Shown piece after piece: positions 1 through 8,073 of a stretch of 64,000 nt of DNA. The notes under the pieces were generated by a model that had not been told where the DNA came from, searched no databases, and worked only from the letters and a program-made list of their open reading frames with translations. Positions within the stretch are counted from its first letter, which is position 1, and each line of letters begins with the position of its first letter. Position numbers and translations under genes: made by a program. Origin of the DNA: Methanobacteriota archaeon (GTDB taxonomy: Archaea > Thermoplasmatota > Thermoplasmata > SG8-5 > JACRNV01); contig JACRNV010000005.1 of the NCBI GenBank assembly GCA_016214785.1, positions 21,365-85,364 of the forward strand, written 5' to 3'.

Positions 1-1
1 C

Positions 2-1246
2 GTTGGCCCGGCCGTCCCCGGGAGCTACGCCCTGAACGTCTCGGTATGGGGAGCGCTGTACGACAATTCGGGGAACGCCAGCGAAACCATCACGGTCGTG
101 GCGACGCCCTTACCTGATCTGACCGTCTCGTCCAGCAGCATCACGTTCTTCTCACCGTCCGGGCTCTTCCTCGAAGGGAAGGAGATTTTCATCACGGCCA
201 GGGTAAAGAACGCTGGCATCCTTGCCGCGGCGGACGTGCCCGTCAGCTTCTCGCTGGCCGGCGGCAGCCATCCCATCGCCTGGGCCAACGTCACCGCCAG
301 CATCGGGAAGACCTCGACCGCGAACGTCAGCTGGACCGCGCTGCCAGGGGCTCACACCGTCCAGGTCAGCGTCGACCCGGACAACGTCACTGAGGAATCG
401 GTGGAGACGAACAACAATGCCACAAGAGACCTGTTCATCGACAATATCCGCGACATAGCGATAACAGCCAGCGACATCTCTTTTTCCTCCCCGGACAGCG
501 CCTTCGTCAACGGTCGCATCATCACCGTGAGCGCGTTCGTCAAGAACATCGGCTCTGTCGACCTGAACGGCACCTCCGTCGCCATTGGATTTGCCGGGGA
601 CCCTGCCTGGTACATCGCGGATGTCCTGGTGGACGTCCCCGCGCACGGCAGCGCGGTCGCGCAAGCCACCTGGAAGGCGGGATACGGCAACCACACGTTC
701 ATCGTCGTCCTAGACAGGGAGAATGCAGTGAACGAGACCGACGAAACGAACAATGCAGCATCCAAGACCCTCTTCATCGACGTCATCCGAGACCTGAGCG
801 TCTCCGCGGGGGACATCATGGTCGTCCCCCGGGACGGCAGGTTTGCCGCCGGGCGGAAGGTCACGATATTCGCCCTGGTCAGGAACTCGGGCTCGACCGC
901 CCTCGACGGCGTGCAGGTGCTCTTCGCGGTCGATGGCAACATCGTCGCAGGGGTCGCCCGCGTCACAATCCCAGTTGGAGGGGCGGCCTTCGCGCAGGCG
1001 ACCTGGACCGCCACGAAGGGGGACCATACCTTTGGCGTGAGCGTGGACCCTGAGAACGAAATCGCGGAGGTGAACGAGGCCAACAACCAGGCTTCCAGGT
1101 CGCTGACGTTCGACGGCTCCTCCGCGGCCGGAGGGGCCAACGCCCTGCCCCCGGAAGACGCGTTCGCGAATGCCGTCCTCGTCGGCGCCATCGCCATCGC
1201 CGCCCTGATTTCCACGCTCCTGGCGCTCGCGGCGAGCAAGAGGTGA
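2..1246 (+). CDS. CARDB-repeat cell-surface protein, 5'-partial (begins before the window)
   Basis: Frame open from base 2. Three repeats of the form (P/R)DL.V....I...V.N.G......V.F...W.A..G.H...V.VDP.N...E..E.NN, followed by a C-terminal hydrophobic anchor ending in SKR. Confidence 0.85.
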   Translation, partial: VGPAVPGSYALNVSVWGALYDNSGNASETITVVATPLPDLTVSSSSITFFSPSGLFLEGKEIFITARVKNAGILAAADVPVSFSLAGGSHPIAWANVTASIGKTSTANVSWTALPGAHTVQVSVDPDNVTEESVETNNNATRDLFIDNIRDIAITASDISFSSPDSAFVNGRIITVSAFVKNIGSVDLNGTSVAIGFAGDPAWYIADVLVDVPAHGSAVAQATWKAGYGNHTFIVVLDRENAVNETDETNNAASKTLFIDVIRDLSVSAGDIMVVPRDGRFAAGRKVTIFALVRNSGSTALDGVQVLFAVDGNIVAGVARVTIPVGGAAFAQATWTATKGDHTFGVSVDPENEIAEVNEANNQASRSLTFDGSSAAGGANALPPEDAFANAVLVGAIAIAALISTLLALAASKR

Positions 1247-1267
1247 GGCGGACAGGATGGGGCCAAG

Positions 1268-4060
1268 ATGAGGTTAAGGACGTATCGGAGGACGGCGCAG
1301 GTAGCTTTCGTGGCTTTGACCGTCACCGGGCTCTTCGGCGTGGCCACGACCGGGATAGTCTACCCCTACTTCTTCTGCTACGCCTGCCCCTTCGACGTGG
1401 GCACGTGCCCGCTCGGCATACTCGAGCACGCGACGGTAGACATGCGCCTCATCGGGCTCATGGAGGGGACGATGCTCCTCCTCTACCTTTTCGGCTTCCT
1501 GGCGCTCATGGGCGTGCTCTTCGGAAGGGCCTTCTGCGGGTGGGCCTGCCCGGTCGGCTTCGTCCAGGACGTCTTCGGCAAGACCAAGGCGCACAGGAAG
1601 ATTGCCGGCGAGATCGCCCCGAACGGGGTGAGTCCGAGGCTGAAGTACGTCAAGTATGTCGTTCTCATCTTCATACCGATACTCTCCGTTGCCTTCCTGG
1701 ACCTGGTCTACACGCGCTTCTGCCCCGTCGGCGGGATCACCGGCACGCTGCCGGCGCTCCTCTTCTTCCCCGACGACTGGGCGCCCTCGACGTGGTTCGC
1801 CGTGAAGGTCGTCTCCATGGCCCTCTTCTTCGCGCTGATCATAGCTGTGGGCAGGGGGTGGTGCAAGTACCTCTGCCCCCTTGGCGCGTTCCTGTCCCCC
1901 TGGAACAAGGTCTCCGGTACCGGCATCACGAGGAAGGACGAGAAGTGCTCGGACTGCGGCCTCTGCGAGAGGCACTGCCCGATGAACATCAAGGACATCG
2001 GCGTCAGGCCCGAGCTGGAATGCATCCAGTGCGGCCGTTGCGTGGAGGAGTGCAGGAGCAAGTCCCTGAAGTTCGGCCCTCGCTTCAGGCTCTCCGACCT
2101 GAGGAGCGTGGGGGTGTGGGCGACCGCCACGGTCATCGCGGCGTCGCTGCTTGTCGTCGGCCTGGTCGGCGGCGGCTACGGCAGGACTGACGAGATAAAC
2201 GCCATCCCGTGCCTTGGATGCCTCGCCCTCGACCCGAAGGGGGACTCGAGCTTCAGGTTCCTCGGCGACGTGCCGCAGCCCGACTTCATCACGGCCAGCC
2301 TCTCGTGCGGGCCGCTCCTCCTGCACTACCGGACCGACGTCTGCTCTGCATGCGACGAGATGGAGCCTACCATCAAGGAGCTGGAGGCCAATAACGGAAC
2401 GGGCATCAAATTCGTCCACATCAACCTCGACCACGCCACCGATGAGCAGGACAGGTCCTACGACATCTACGACGTGAAAGGGTCGCCGGACACCAGGACC
2501 GGTGTGCCTATGCTCGTCCTCCTTACGATAAGCAAGGAGGACGGCGTGGCGAAGCCGTACTTTGCCACGTTCTACGGCATCCAGCCAAGGGACAAGCTCG
2601 CCGGGGCGATAGAGCTGTCTAAGTCCCTCTATGCCCAGGCCGGCGCGAGCGCCGCGCCCAGCAGCTCCAAGTTTCTCGTCGAGCTCTTCGTCGACCAGCA
2701 GTGCACATACTGCCTCTATTCCGAGGACGCGCTGGTCGAGCTGTCGAACAAGGGGAACGTGCGATTCATGACCTACGTCACCGACGCCCCGGGGGAGTCC
2801 GGGGCGTTCGCCAAGTGGAGGGAGGCGTCGTACCAGGCGTCCCTCAGCGCCGGAGGCGCGCACCCGTGGGCCGTCTTCTCCGGCGGGCTGGACGACCAGC
2901 TCGGCGGCACCACAACAGTTAAGAATACTTACTCCTCGATAATCAACGGCTCGAACTTCCAGCCGCTCAACATATCGGTATCGGGCACAATCTCGGACGC
3001 GGGCTCCGCGGCGCGGCTCGAACTCAGCATCGGGAGCGCCGAGAGCTCGAGCGCTCCCGTCCTGCTCGAAGCGGCTATGGTCGAGAGGACCTCGCGCTGG
3101 GACAACGTCCGCGACGAGCCGATACCCAGCGCATTCCTGGGCATGGCCATGAACGAATCCATCTCGGTGCCGGCCGGCGGCTGGTACAACAGGACGGCCT
3201 CCTGGAGCGGCACGGACGCCCTGCCTTACTCGTCGATGCGCCTCGGCAACCTGGCAGTCGTTGTGACAGCGTGGCAGGGCGATAGGATAGTCTATTCGGA
3301 CGTCATCCTCTCCCCGGCCAGCGACGGCATTGAGATTGCCTCGAAGGTCGAGCCCACGCCGGTCCTCCCCAACGGCACAGCCTCCATTCAGCTGACCCTG
3401 CGGAACTTCAAGAACGCTGCAGTGGACGTCGCACTTAACCCCACCCCAGTGGCCAACTGGAGCTCTTCCGTCTCCGCGCGGGCCATCTCAATTCCCGCTA
3501 ACGGCACGGCGACGGTGACATTCGACTTCGCCGGGACCAACACCAGCGCCGGCGACAGCGCAACGTTCGAGGTCGCCGCGCGCGGCGTTGGCGACCCGAC
3601 GCTCTACGCCACGGCGAGCCCGCGCGCGGTGGTCCGGAACGATGTCCTGCCGCCGATCGTCACGCAGCCCTCCTCCCCGCAAACCGCTCGCGCCGACGAG
3701 GGCGTGCGGATAGGCGTCGTGGTCGGCGACAACACCGCCGTGAGGTCGGTCAAGCTCTCGTACTTCTCTTGCAACGATAACCAGTGCTCGGCTACCTACA
3801 CGGTGAACATGACGCTCGAGGGGAACGAGTACATAGCCAACGTCACGCCGCTCGGCCTTGACCACAACATCATGCACTACAAGATAACGGCCGACGACTA
3901 CGAGGACAACGCTAACGTCACCGACTGGTACGACGTCGAACTTGAGCCCGTGCTCGTGGAGACAGAGGAAGCGCCCATCACGACCTACGTCATTATCGCG
4001 ATGTTCTCCGCGGCCATCGTCGTCGCCGCCGGCGTCATACTAGCGAATAGAAGGCGCTGA
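1268..4060 (+). CDS. NapH/MauN-like 4Fe-4S membrane protein fused to thioredoxin-like and Ig-like domains
   Basis: Motifs CYACP, CGWACP, FCPVG, WCKYLCPLG and two CxxCxxCxxxC(P) ferredoxin motifs. After a TM helix come CLGC, CSAC and CTYC motifs, beta-rich domains and a C-terminal TM anchor. Confidence 0.8.
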   Translation: MRLRTYRRTAQVAFVALTVTGLFGVATTGIVYPYFFCYACPFDVGTCPLGILEHATVDMRLIGLMEGTMLLLYLFGFLALMGVLFGRAFCGWACPVGFVQDVFGKTKAHRKIAGEIAPNGVSPRLKYVKYVVLIFIPILSVAFLDLVYTRFCPVGGITGTLPALLFFPDDWAPSTWFAVKVVSMALFFALIIAVGRGWCKYLCPLGAFLSPWNKVSGTGITRKDEKCSDCGLCERHCPMNIKDIGVRPELECIQCGRCVEECRSKSLKFGPRFRLSDLRSVGVWATATVIAASLLVVGLVGGGYGRTDEINAIPCLGCLALDPKGDSSFRFLGDVPQPDFITASLSCGPLLLHYRTDVCSACDEMEPTIKELEANNGTGIKFVHINLDHATDEQDRSYDIYDVKGSPDTRTGVPMLVLLTISKEDGVAKPYFATFYGIQPRDKLAGAIELSKSLYAQAGASAAPSSSKFLVELFVDQQCTYCLYSEDALVELSNKGNVRFMTYVTDAPGESGAFAKWREASYQASLSAGGAHPWAVFSGGLDDQLGGTTTVKNTYSSIINGSNFQPLNISVSGTISDAGSAARLELSIGSAESSSAPVLLEAAMVERTSRWDNVRDEPIPSAFLGMAMNESISVPAGGWYNRTASWSGTDALPYSSMRLGNLAVVVTAWQGDRIVYSDVILSPASDGIEIASKVEPTPVLPNGTASIQLTLRNFKNAAVDVALNPTPVANWSSSVSARAISIPANGTATVTFDFAGTNTSAGDSATFEVAARGVGDPTLYATASPRAVVRNDVLPPIVTQPSSPQTARADEGVRIGVVVGDNTAVRSVKLSYFSCNDNQCSATYTVNMTLEGNEYIANVTPLGLDHNIMHYKITADDYEDNANVTDWYDVELEPVLVETEEAPITTYVIIAMFSAAIVVAAGVILANRRR

Positions 4061-4796
4061 CGAGGAAGAGCGCCCCGAAGACCATCATTAGGATGGCCGC
4101 TGCCTGCTCTATCCGGAGAAGGACGCGCTCGCGCTTCTCTCTCTCGGCCAGCGCGCTGCCGAGCGAGGCTATTGCGAGCGACGGCGTCGACGCGCCGAGC
4201 GAGAAGAGGAAGAAGGCGCCGCCTCCGAGCAGCGCGGCCACGAGCCAGTCCGCGCCCGAGCCCGCGCCGACCATGCCTATGAGGATGCCCTCGAGGGCGA
4301 GCGCCGTCTCGCCGACGCATGCGATGCTCACGATCGCGCCCCAGAGGACGAGGCCGGACTTTGTCGTCGGTGATGCCATTTTCAGGCGCGATAGGAACGG
4401 GTGCTTCGTCTCCGCGCACTCCGCCCCCTTTCCTTCCTCGATGTCCTCGAACCGCTCCGTGGCTTTCGCGAATGTGTAGAGGCCGTAGCCGAGCATCATC
4501 GAGCCCGCTGCTGCATAACCTATCGACCATATCGGCGCCCACGCGACGACTTGCTGGAGGGCGCCCCTGGCGACATAGCCCGACGCGCCTATAGCGACTC
4601 CGAGGGCCGTGAGCGCGAGGATGCGCGGCGCGTTGAAGGCGAGCGCGACCTTCAGGCCCTTGAGCCACCCGCCCTCGCGCACCAGCGTCGGGAAGATTGA
4701 AGGGAGGCATAGCGCCACGCAGACGCTCGCTCCTTTCCTGAGGCCGTAGCCGAAGCTGTAGAGAAGGAGGACGAGCAGCGCGGCGGTCTCGAGCAT
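4035..4796 (-). CDS. Cys-containing membrane protein, DsbD_2/CcdA/TauE-like
   Basis: About 6-7 TM segments with CVALCLP and SIACVGE motifs, typical of DsbD_2-like transmembrane domains. Confidence 0.6.
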   Translation of the reverse strand: MLETAALLVLLLYSFGYGLRKGASVCVALCLPSIFPTLVREGGWLKGLKVALAFNAPRILALTALGVAIGASGYVARGALQQVVAWAPIWSIGYAAAGSMMLGYGLYTFAKATERFEDIEEGKGAECAETKHPFLSRLKMASPTTKSGLVLWGAIVSIACVGETALALEGILIGMVGAGSGADWLVAALLGGGAFFLFSLGASTPSLAIASLGSALAEREKRERVLLRIEQAAAILMMVFGALFLVSAFYSLV

Positions 4797-4844
4797 CGGG
4801 CGGGCTAGCGCGAGCGGATATAATGGCTTTTCGACAGAAGGGGC

Positions 4845-5390
4845 TCACTCCGGCTTGCAGATTATCTCGTGTATCCTCAGTTCCAGGAACCTGTTCGACG
4901 TCGACGGCGTGAGGACCAGCGCCGTGTCCGCGCCCTCCCCCGTGCCGCCGACCGCCACCATCATCGAGCCGCTCAGCAGGCCCCCGTCCGAGGCTATGAT
5001 CGCGACCTCGACGCACACCTTCGTCCCCTGGCCGAAGAGGCGCAGGGTCTCGGCCACTATCTGCGTCGGGTAGACGCCCTTGAACTGGCTGTTGAACGAG
5101 CGCTCTATGCCGCTCAGGACGTGCGTGCCCGTGTGGACGAATGCGCCCCTGGAAATCAGGTCGCGGTAGACGTCGTTGGGCATCTCGTTCTTCCACGGCT
5201 CCGAGAAGCCCGAGTGGCGGGTGACGACGATGACCTTCCCGCCCTTGAAGGCGTCGAGCGCCGCCCGCGCCACGCGCCCGGTGTTGCTGGCGACCACGAG
5301 CTCCTTGATGCCCAGCTCCCTGGCCCTCTGCGCGGCCAGCTTCACTGCCTCGGCGGTGTTCTGCGGGCCGGGCTTGTCGAATACCTTCAT
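4845..5390 (-). CDS. Pyruvate kinase alpha/beta (C-terminal-like) domain protein
   Basis: Likely start MKVFDKPGPQNT (ATG 5390). Motifs LVVASNTG, GQGTKVCVEVAIIASDGG and GGTGEGADTA. Confidence 0.85.
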   Translation of the reverse strand: MKVFDKPGPQNTAEAVKLAAQRARELGIKELVVASNTGRVARAALDAFKGGKVIVVTRHSGFSEPWKNEMPNDVYRDLISRGAFVHTGTHVLSGIERSFNSQFKGVYPTQIVAETLRLFGQGTKVCVEVAIIASDGGLLSGSMMVAVGGTGEGADTALVLTPSTSNRFLELRIHEIICKPE

Positions 5391-5398
5391 ACAGTCCT

Positions 5399-6727
5399 TC
5401 ACAGGTTTATCATGCGCTCTATTTCCCACGGCGTGACCTGCGCCCGGTAGTCGTCCCACTCCTTGTTCTTGACGTACAGGAAGTGCTGGAAGATGTGCTT
5501 GCCCAGCACGTCCTGCATGACCTTGCTCTCCTCGAGGCAGGCGAGCGCGTGCCCCAGGCTGGTAGGGAGCCCCTCGATGCCGAGCTTCTCCCGTTCCTTG
5601 TCGGGGATGTGGTAGATGTCCCGCTCGACCGGCTCGGGGGCCTCGAGCCTGTCCTCGATGCCCTTCAGGCCGGCGCCGAGCATGACGGCGAACTGGAGGT
5701 AGGGATTGCCGGCGGAGTCGGGGTTGCGCATCTCGAGCCTCGTGCTCACGCCACGGCCAGCAGGGACGCGGATGAGCGCGCTTCGGTTCCTGTTCGCCCA
5801 CGAGATGTAGACAGGGGCTTCATAACCCGGGACAAGGCGCTTGTACGAGTTCACCCACGAGGCGAGGATGGCGCACATCTCCTTCGAGTACTTCAGCAGC
5901 CCGGCCAGGTACTGGTACGCGGTCCTGCTGAGCTCGAACTTGCCGTCGGGCTTGTGGAAGATATTCTCCCCCTTCTCGTTGAACAGTGACTGGTGGACGT
6001 GCATGCCGCTCCCCGCCCGGCCGTACGCTGGCTTGGGCATGAACGTGGCGTGCAGGTCGTGGTGCCTGGCGGCGGTCTTGATGGCGTCCTTGAGCATGAA
6101 GACGCGGTCGGCGGAGTTCATGGCGTCGGAATAATGCAGGTCTATCTCGTGCTGGCCCGGGGCCACCTCGTGATGGCTCGCCTCGGCGTCGATGCCGACG
6201 TTGATGAGGTAGTTGACCACGTCCTTGCGCACGAGCTCGCCGCTGTCCAGGGGCATCAGGTCGAAGTACCCGCCGCCGTCGTTGGGGATCGTCGTGGGGG
6301 CGCAGTCCCTCTCCATCTTGAACAGGAAGAACTCGTACTCCGGGCCGGTGTAGAAGCGCATGTCCTGCTCCGCGGCCCTCTTCACGAGCCTCTCGAGCAC
6401 GAGGCGCGGGTCCCCCTCGAACCTCTTGCCCGTAGAATCGTGGATGTTGCAGATGAAGCGCGCGGTCTTGCGCTCGTACGCCTCCCACGGCAAGATGTTG
6501 AACGTGTCCAGGACCGGGTGCATGCGCATGTCGCTCTCCTCGATCGTGGCGTAGCCCACTATCGAAGAGCCGTCGAACACGACCCCCTCCGCGAGCGCGT
6601 GCTCGAGCTTCGTCGACGGCACGGAGACCATCTTCGGGATGCCGAGGATGTCCATGAATGCGAACTGCACGAAGCGGACGTTCTCCTGCTTGACCCTCTT
6701 GAGTATCTCCTCCTTTTGATGAAGCAT
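5399..6727 (-). CDS. glnA: Glutamine synthetase type I
   Basis: Motifs FDGSSI, GPEYEFF, HHEVAPGQHEI, ATFMPKP..G.AGSGMHVHQS, NSYKRLVPGYEAP and NRSALIRVP. Confidence 0.97.
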   Translation of the reverse strand: MLHQKEEILKRVKQENVRFVQFAFMDILGIPKMVSVPSTKLEHALAEGVVFDGSSIVGYATIEESDMRMHPVLDTFNILPWEAYERKTARFICNIHDSTGKRFEGDPRLVLERLVKRAAEQDMRFYTGPEYEFFLFKMERDCAPTTIPNDGGGYFDLMPLDSGELVRKDVVNYLINVGIDAEASHHEVAPGQHEIDLHYSDAMNSADRVFMLKDAIKTAARHHDLHATFMPKPAYGRAGSGMHVHQSLFNEKGENIFHKPDGKFELSRTAYQYLAGLLKYSKEMCAILASWVNSYKRLVPGYEAPVYISWANRNRSALIRVPAGRGVSTRLEMRNPDSAGNPYLQFAVMLGAGLKGIEDRLEAPEPVERDIYHIPDKEREKLGIEGLPTSLGHALACLEESKVMQDVLGKHIFQHFLYVKNKEWDDYRAQVTPWEIERMINL

Positions 6728-6762
6728 GCGCTCTGAAAATACGGGGAGACTAATTAAGCTTC

Positions 6763-6853
6763 GCATAACGTCTCGCGGCTATCCGGCTTCACTCCCTTCG
6801 GTCGCATCACCCAAATTCCCATTCGGGGAACATCAGATAGCTGCGTGTTGGCC
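6763..6853 (+). repeat. Imperfect long inverted repeat resembling an integron attC site
   Basis: GCATAAC ... CGCGGCTATC ... GATAGCTGCG ... GTTGGCC: AAC/GTT outer boxes with complementary inner arms, at the edge of the AT-rich island. Confidence 0.45.
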
Positions 6854-6999
6854 TACCTGGGGCGAAACCGAAAGCGCATCTGATAGCATATCAGGAAAAT
6901 AATGGAACAAATAGACCCCTCAGCTTTGGCATGAAAATGGGAGATGGATGGCTCAATTCCAATGCGTAAAGAAAAAAGTTCAAAAATTAACATGATTTG

Positions 7000-7104
7000 C
7001 TATAACAAGTCGATCTCTTCTTCTATTCTCTTGACTTTTGGCTGCTTGCCTGCATTGGATAAGTAATCGGATTCTTTTGTGATGGAGAGGATTTGGTTAT
7101 TCAT
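7000..7104 (-). pseudogene. Remnant resembling the C-terminal helix of a Type IIG/TaqI-like R-M protein
   Basis: Hand translation MNNQILSITKESDYLSNAGKQPKVKRIEEEIDLL* resembles the QIL.ITK..DY..N..KQ.KV..LE.EID.LVY tail. The ATG overlaps the end of the Bro-N gene. Confidence 0.45.
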
Positions 7105-7942
7105 CTTTTTTTAGTCTCCTTTTCTTTTCTTTCTCTGGAATGTCCAAATAATTTTCAGAAGTGGTTACGAGTTGACGGCTTCTATTTTCCAGCTCTTTTC
7201 GTGCAACTCCGGCGACGTTTCCGCCTTCTGTTGCGGCTTTTCTGTTTTCTACGAAGCCTTTTGCATCCTTGTTTCTTGCGATTCTGGTTGTGGACGCTTC
7301 TCCAAGCATCGTAAAGATAAGCTCCAGGTCGTTCATGTGGTCTCTGAGGTTCTCTTTCTTCAACCCTTTTAATTCCTTATATTCGCTGGGCGTCATTCCA
7401 AACGTGGCTTTCGAGATTTCAGCGGTCAATATGGCATATTCCCGCTCTGTTGTTACTTCTCTCTTCTTCCACTCATCGGTCAATTCATCTCTTACCGCTA
7501 TTCCCCTGACCCTCTTCTCGACCCAGTCATCGGAATATCCTTTCGCCCTGTATATCTCCTTCATGCGCGCTTGGGCCAGTTCAGGGTTCTGTATCTCCTC
7601 GACCCGTTCATAGCCAACCTGTGCCAGCCACTGCTTGAAAGGTTCTGCTCGGGGAGATGGAATTGACTGGATAATTCTGAACATATTTTTTGTATTGGCG
7701 CAATCGGTAAGCCTTAACTTGCCATCTTCCGCTGGAAGTTTCAACTGTCCGATTTTTTCGGACACTTCAAATCCCTCATCTGTAAGCTTGGTTTTCAGGT
7801 CTGCCCAGTATTTTCTTGCTCTGTGACTTTCTGTCAATGCTTCAACAACATCCACTACCGAAAACCACCACTCATCGTTGAACCAGGTTCTTCTTATTTT
7901 CCTGTCCTGAAAGACCACCAGCGATTTTTCATCAGTTCCCAT
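7097..7942 (-). CDS. Bro-N domain (antirepressor-like) DNA-binding protein, copy 1
   Basis: Motifs IRR.W...EWWFSVVDVV..L, QLKLPAEDGKLRLTDCA, IQSIPSP.AEPFK.WLA.VGYER and NLRDHM.DLELIFTMLGE. Confidence 0.88.
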   Translation of the reverse strand: MGTDEKSLVVFQDRKIRRTWFNDEWWFSVVDVVEALTESHRARKYWADLKTKLTDEGFEVSEKIGQLKLPAEDGKLRLTDCANTKNMFRIIQSIPSPRAEPFKQWLAQVGYERVEEIQNPELAQARMKEIYRAKGYSDDWVEKRVRGIAVRDELTDEWKKREVTTEREYAILTAEISKATFGMTPSEYKELKGLKKENLRDHMNDLELIFTMLGEASTTRIARNKDAKGFVENRKAATEGGNVAGVARKELENRSRQLVTTSENYLDIPEKEKKRRLKKDE

Positions 7943-8072
7943 TGTTGAACCCCTCCACTACCTCGACGCTGGTCTTCAGCCTCTTGCTGACATCTTCAAC
8001 AAACCAGCCAGAGCTTTCCCTGAGCCATTTGAAGACTGCAGGGTTGACTTCGGCGGATATTGAACGGGGCAT
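7932..8072 (-). pseudogene. Truncated XRE-type HTH N-terminus (ImmA/IrrE-associated-like) fragment
   Basis: MPRSISAEVNPAVFKWLRESSGWFVEDVSKRLK matches the VNP..L.W.RE..G....A.K start of XRE-peptidase proteins but stops after 46 aa. Confidence 0.55.
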
Positions 8073-8073
8073 A

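Noticed and set aside
1243-6736. Many long overlapping Arg/Gly/Pro-rich ORFs here and in other GC-rich regions
   Set aside because: They are shadow frames of high-GC coding sequence with no recognisable motifs.
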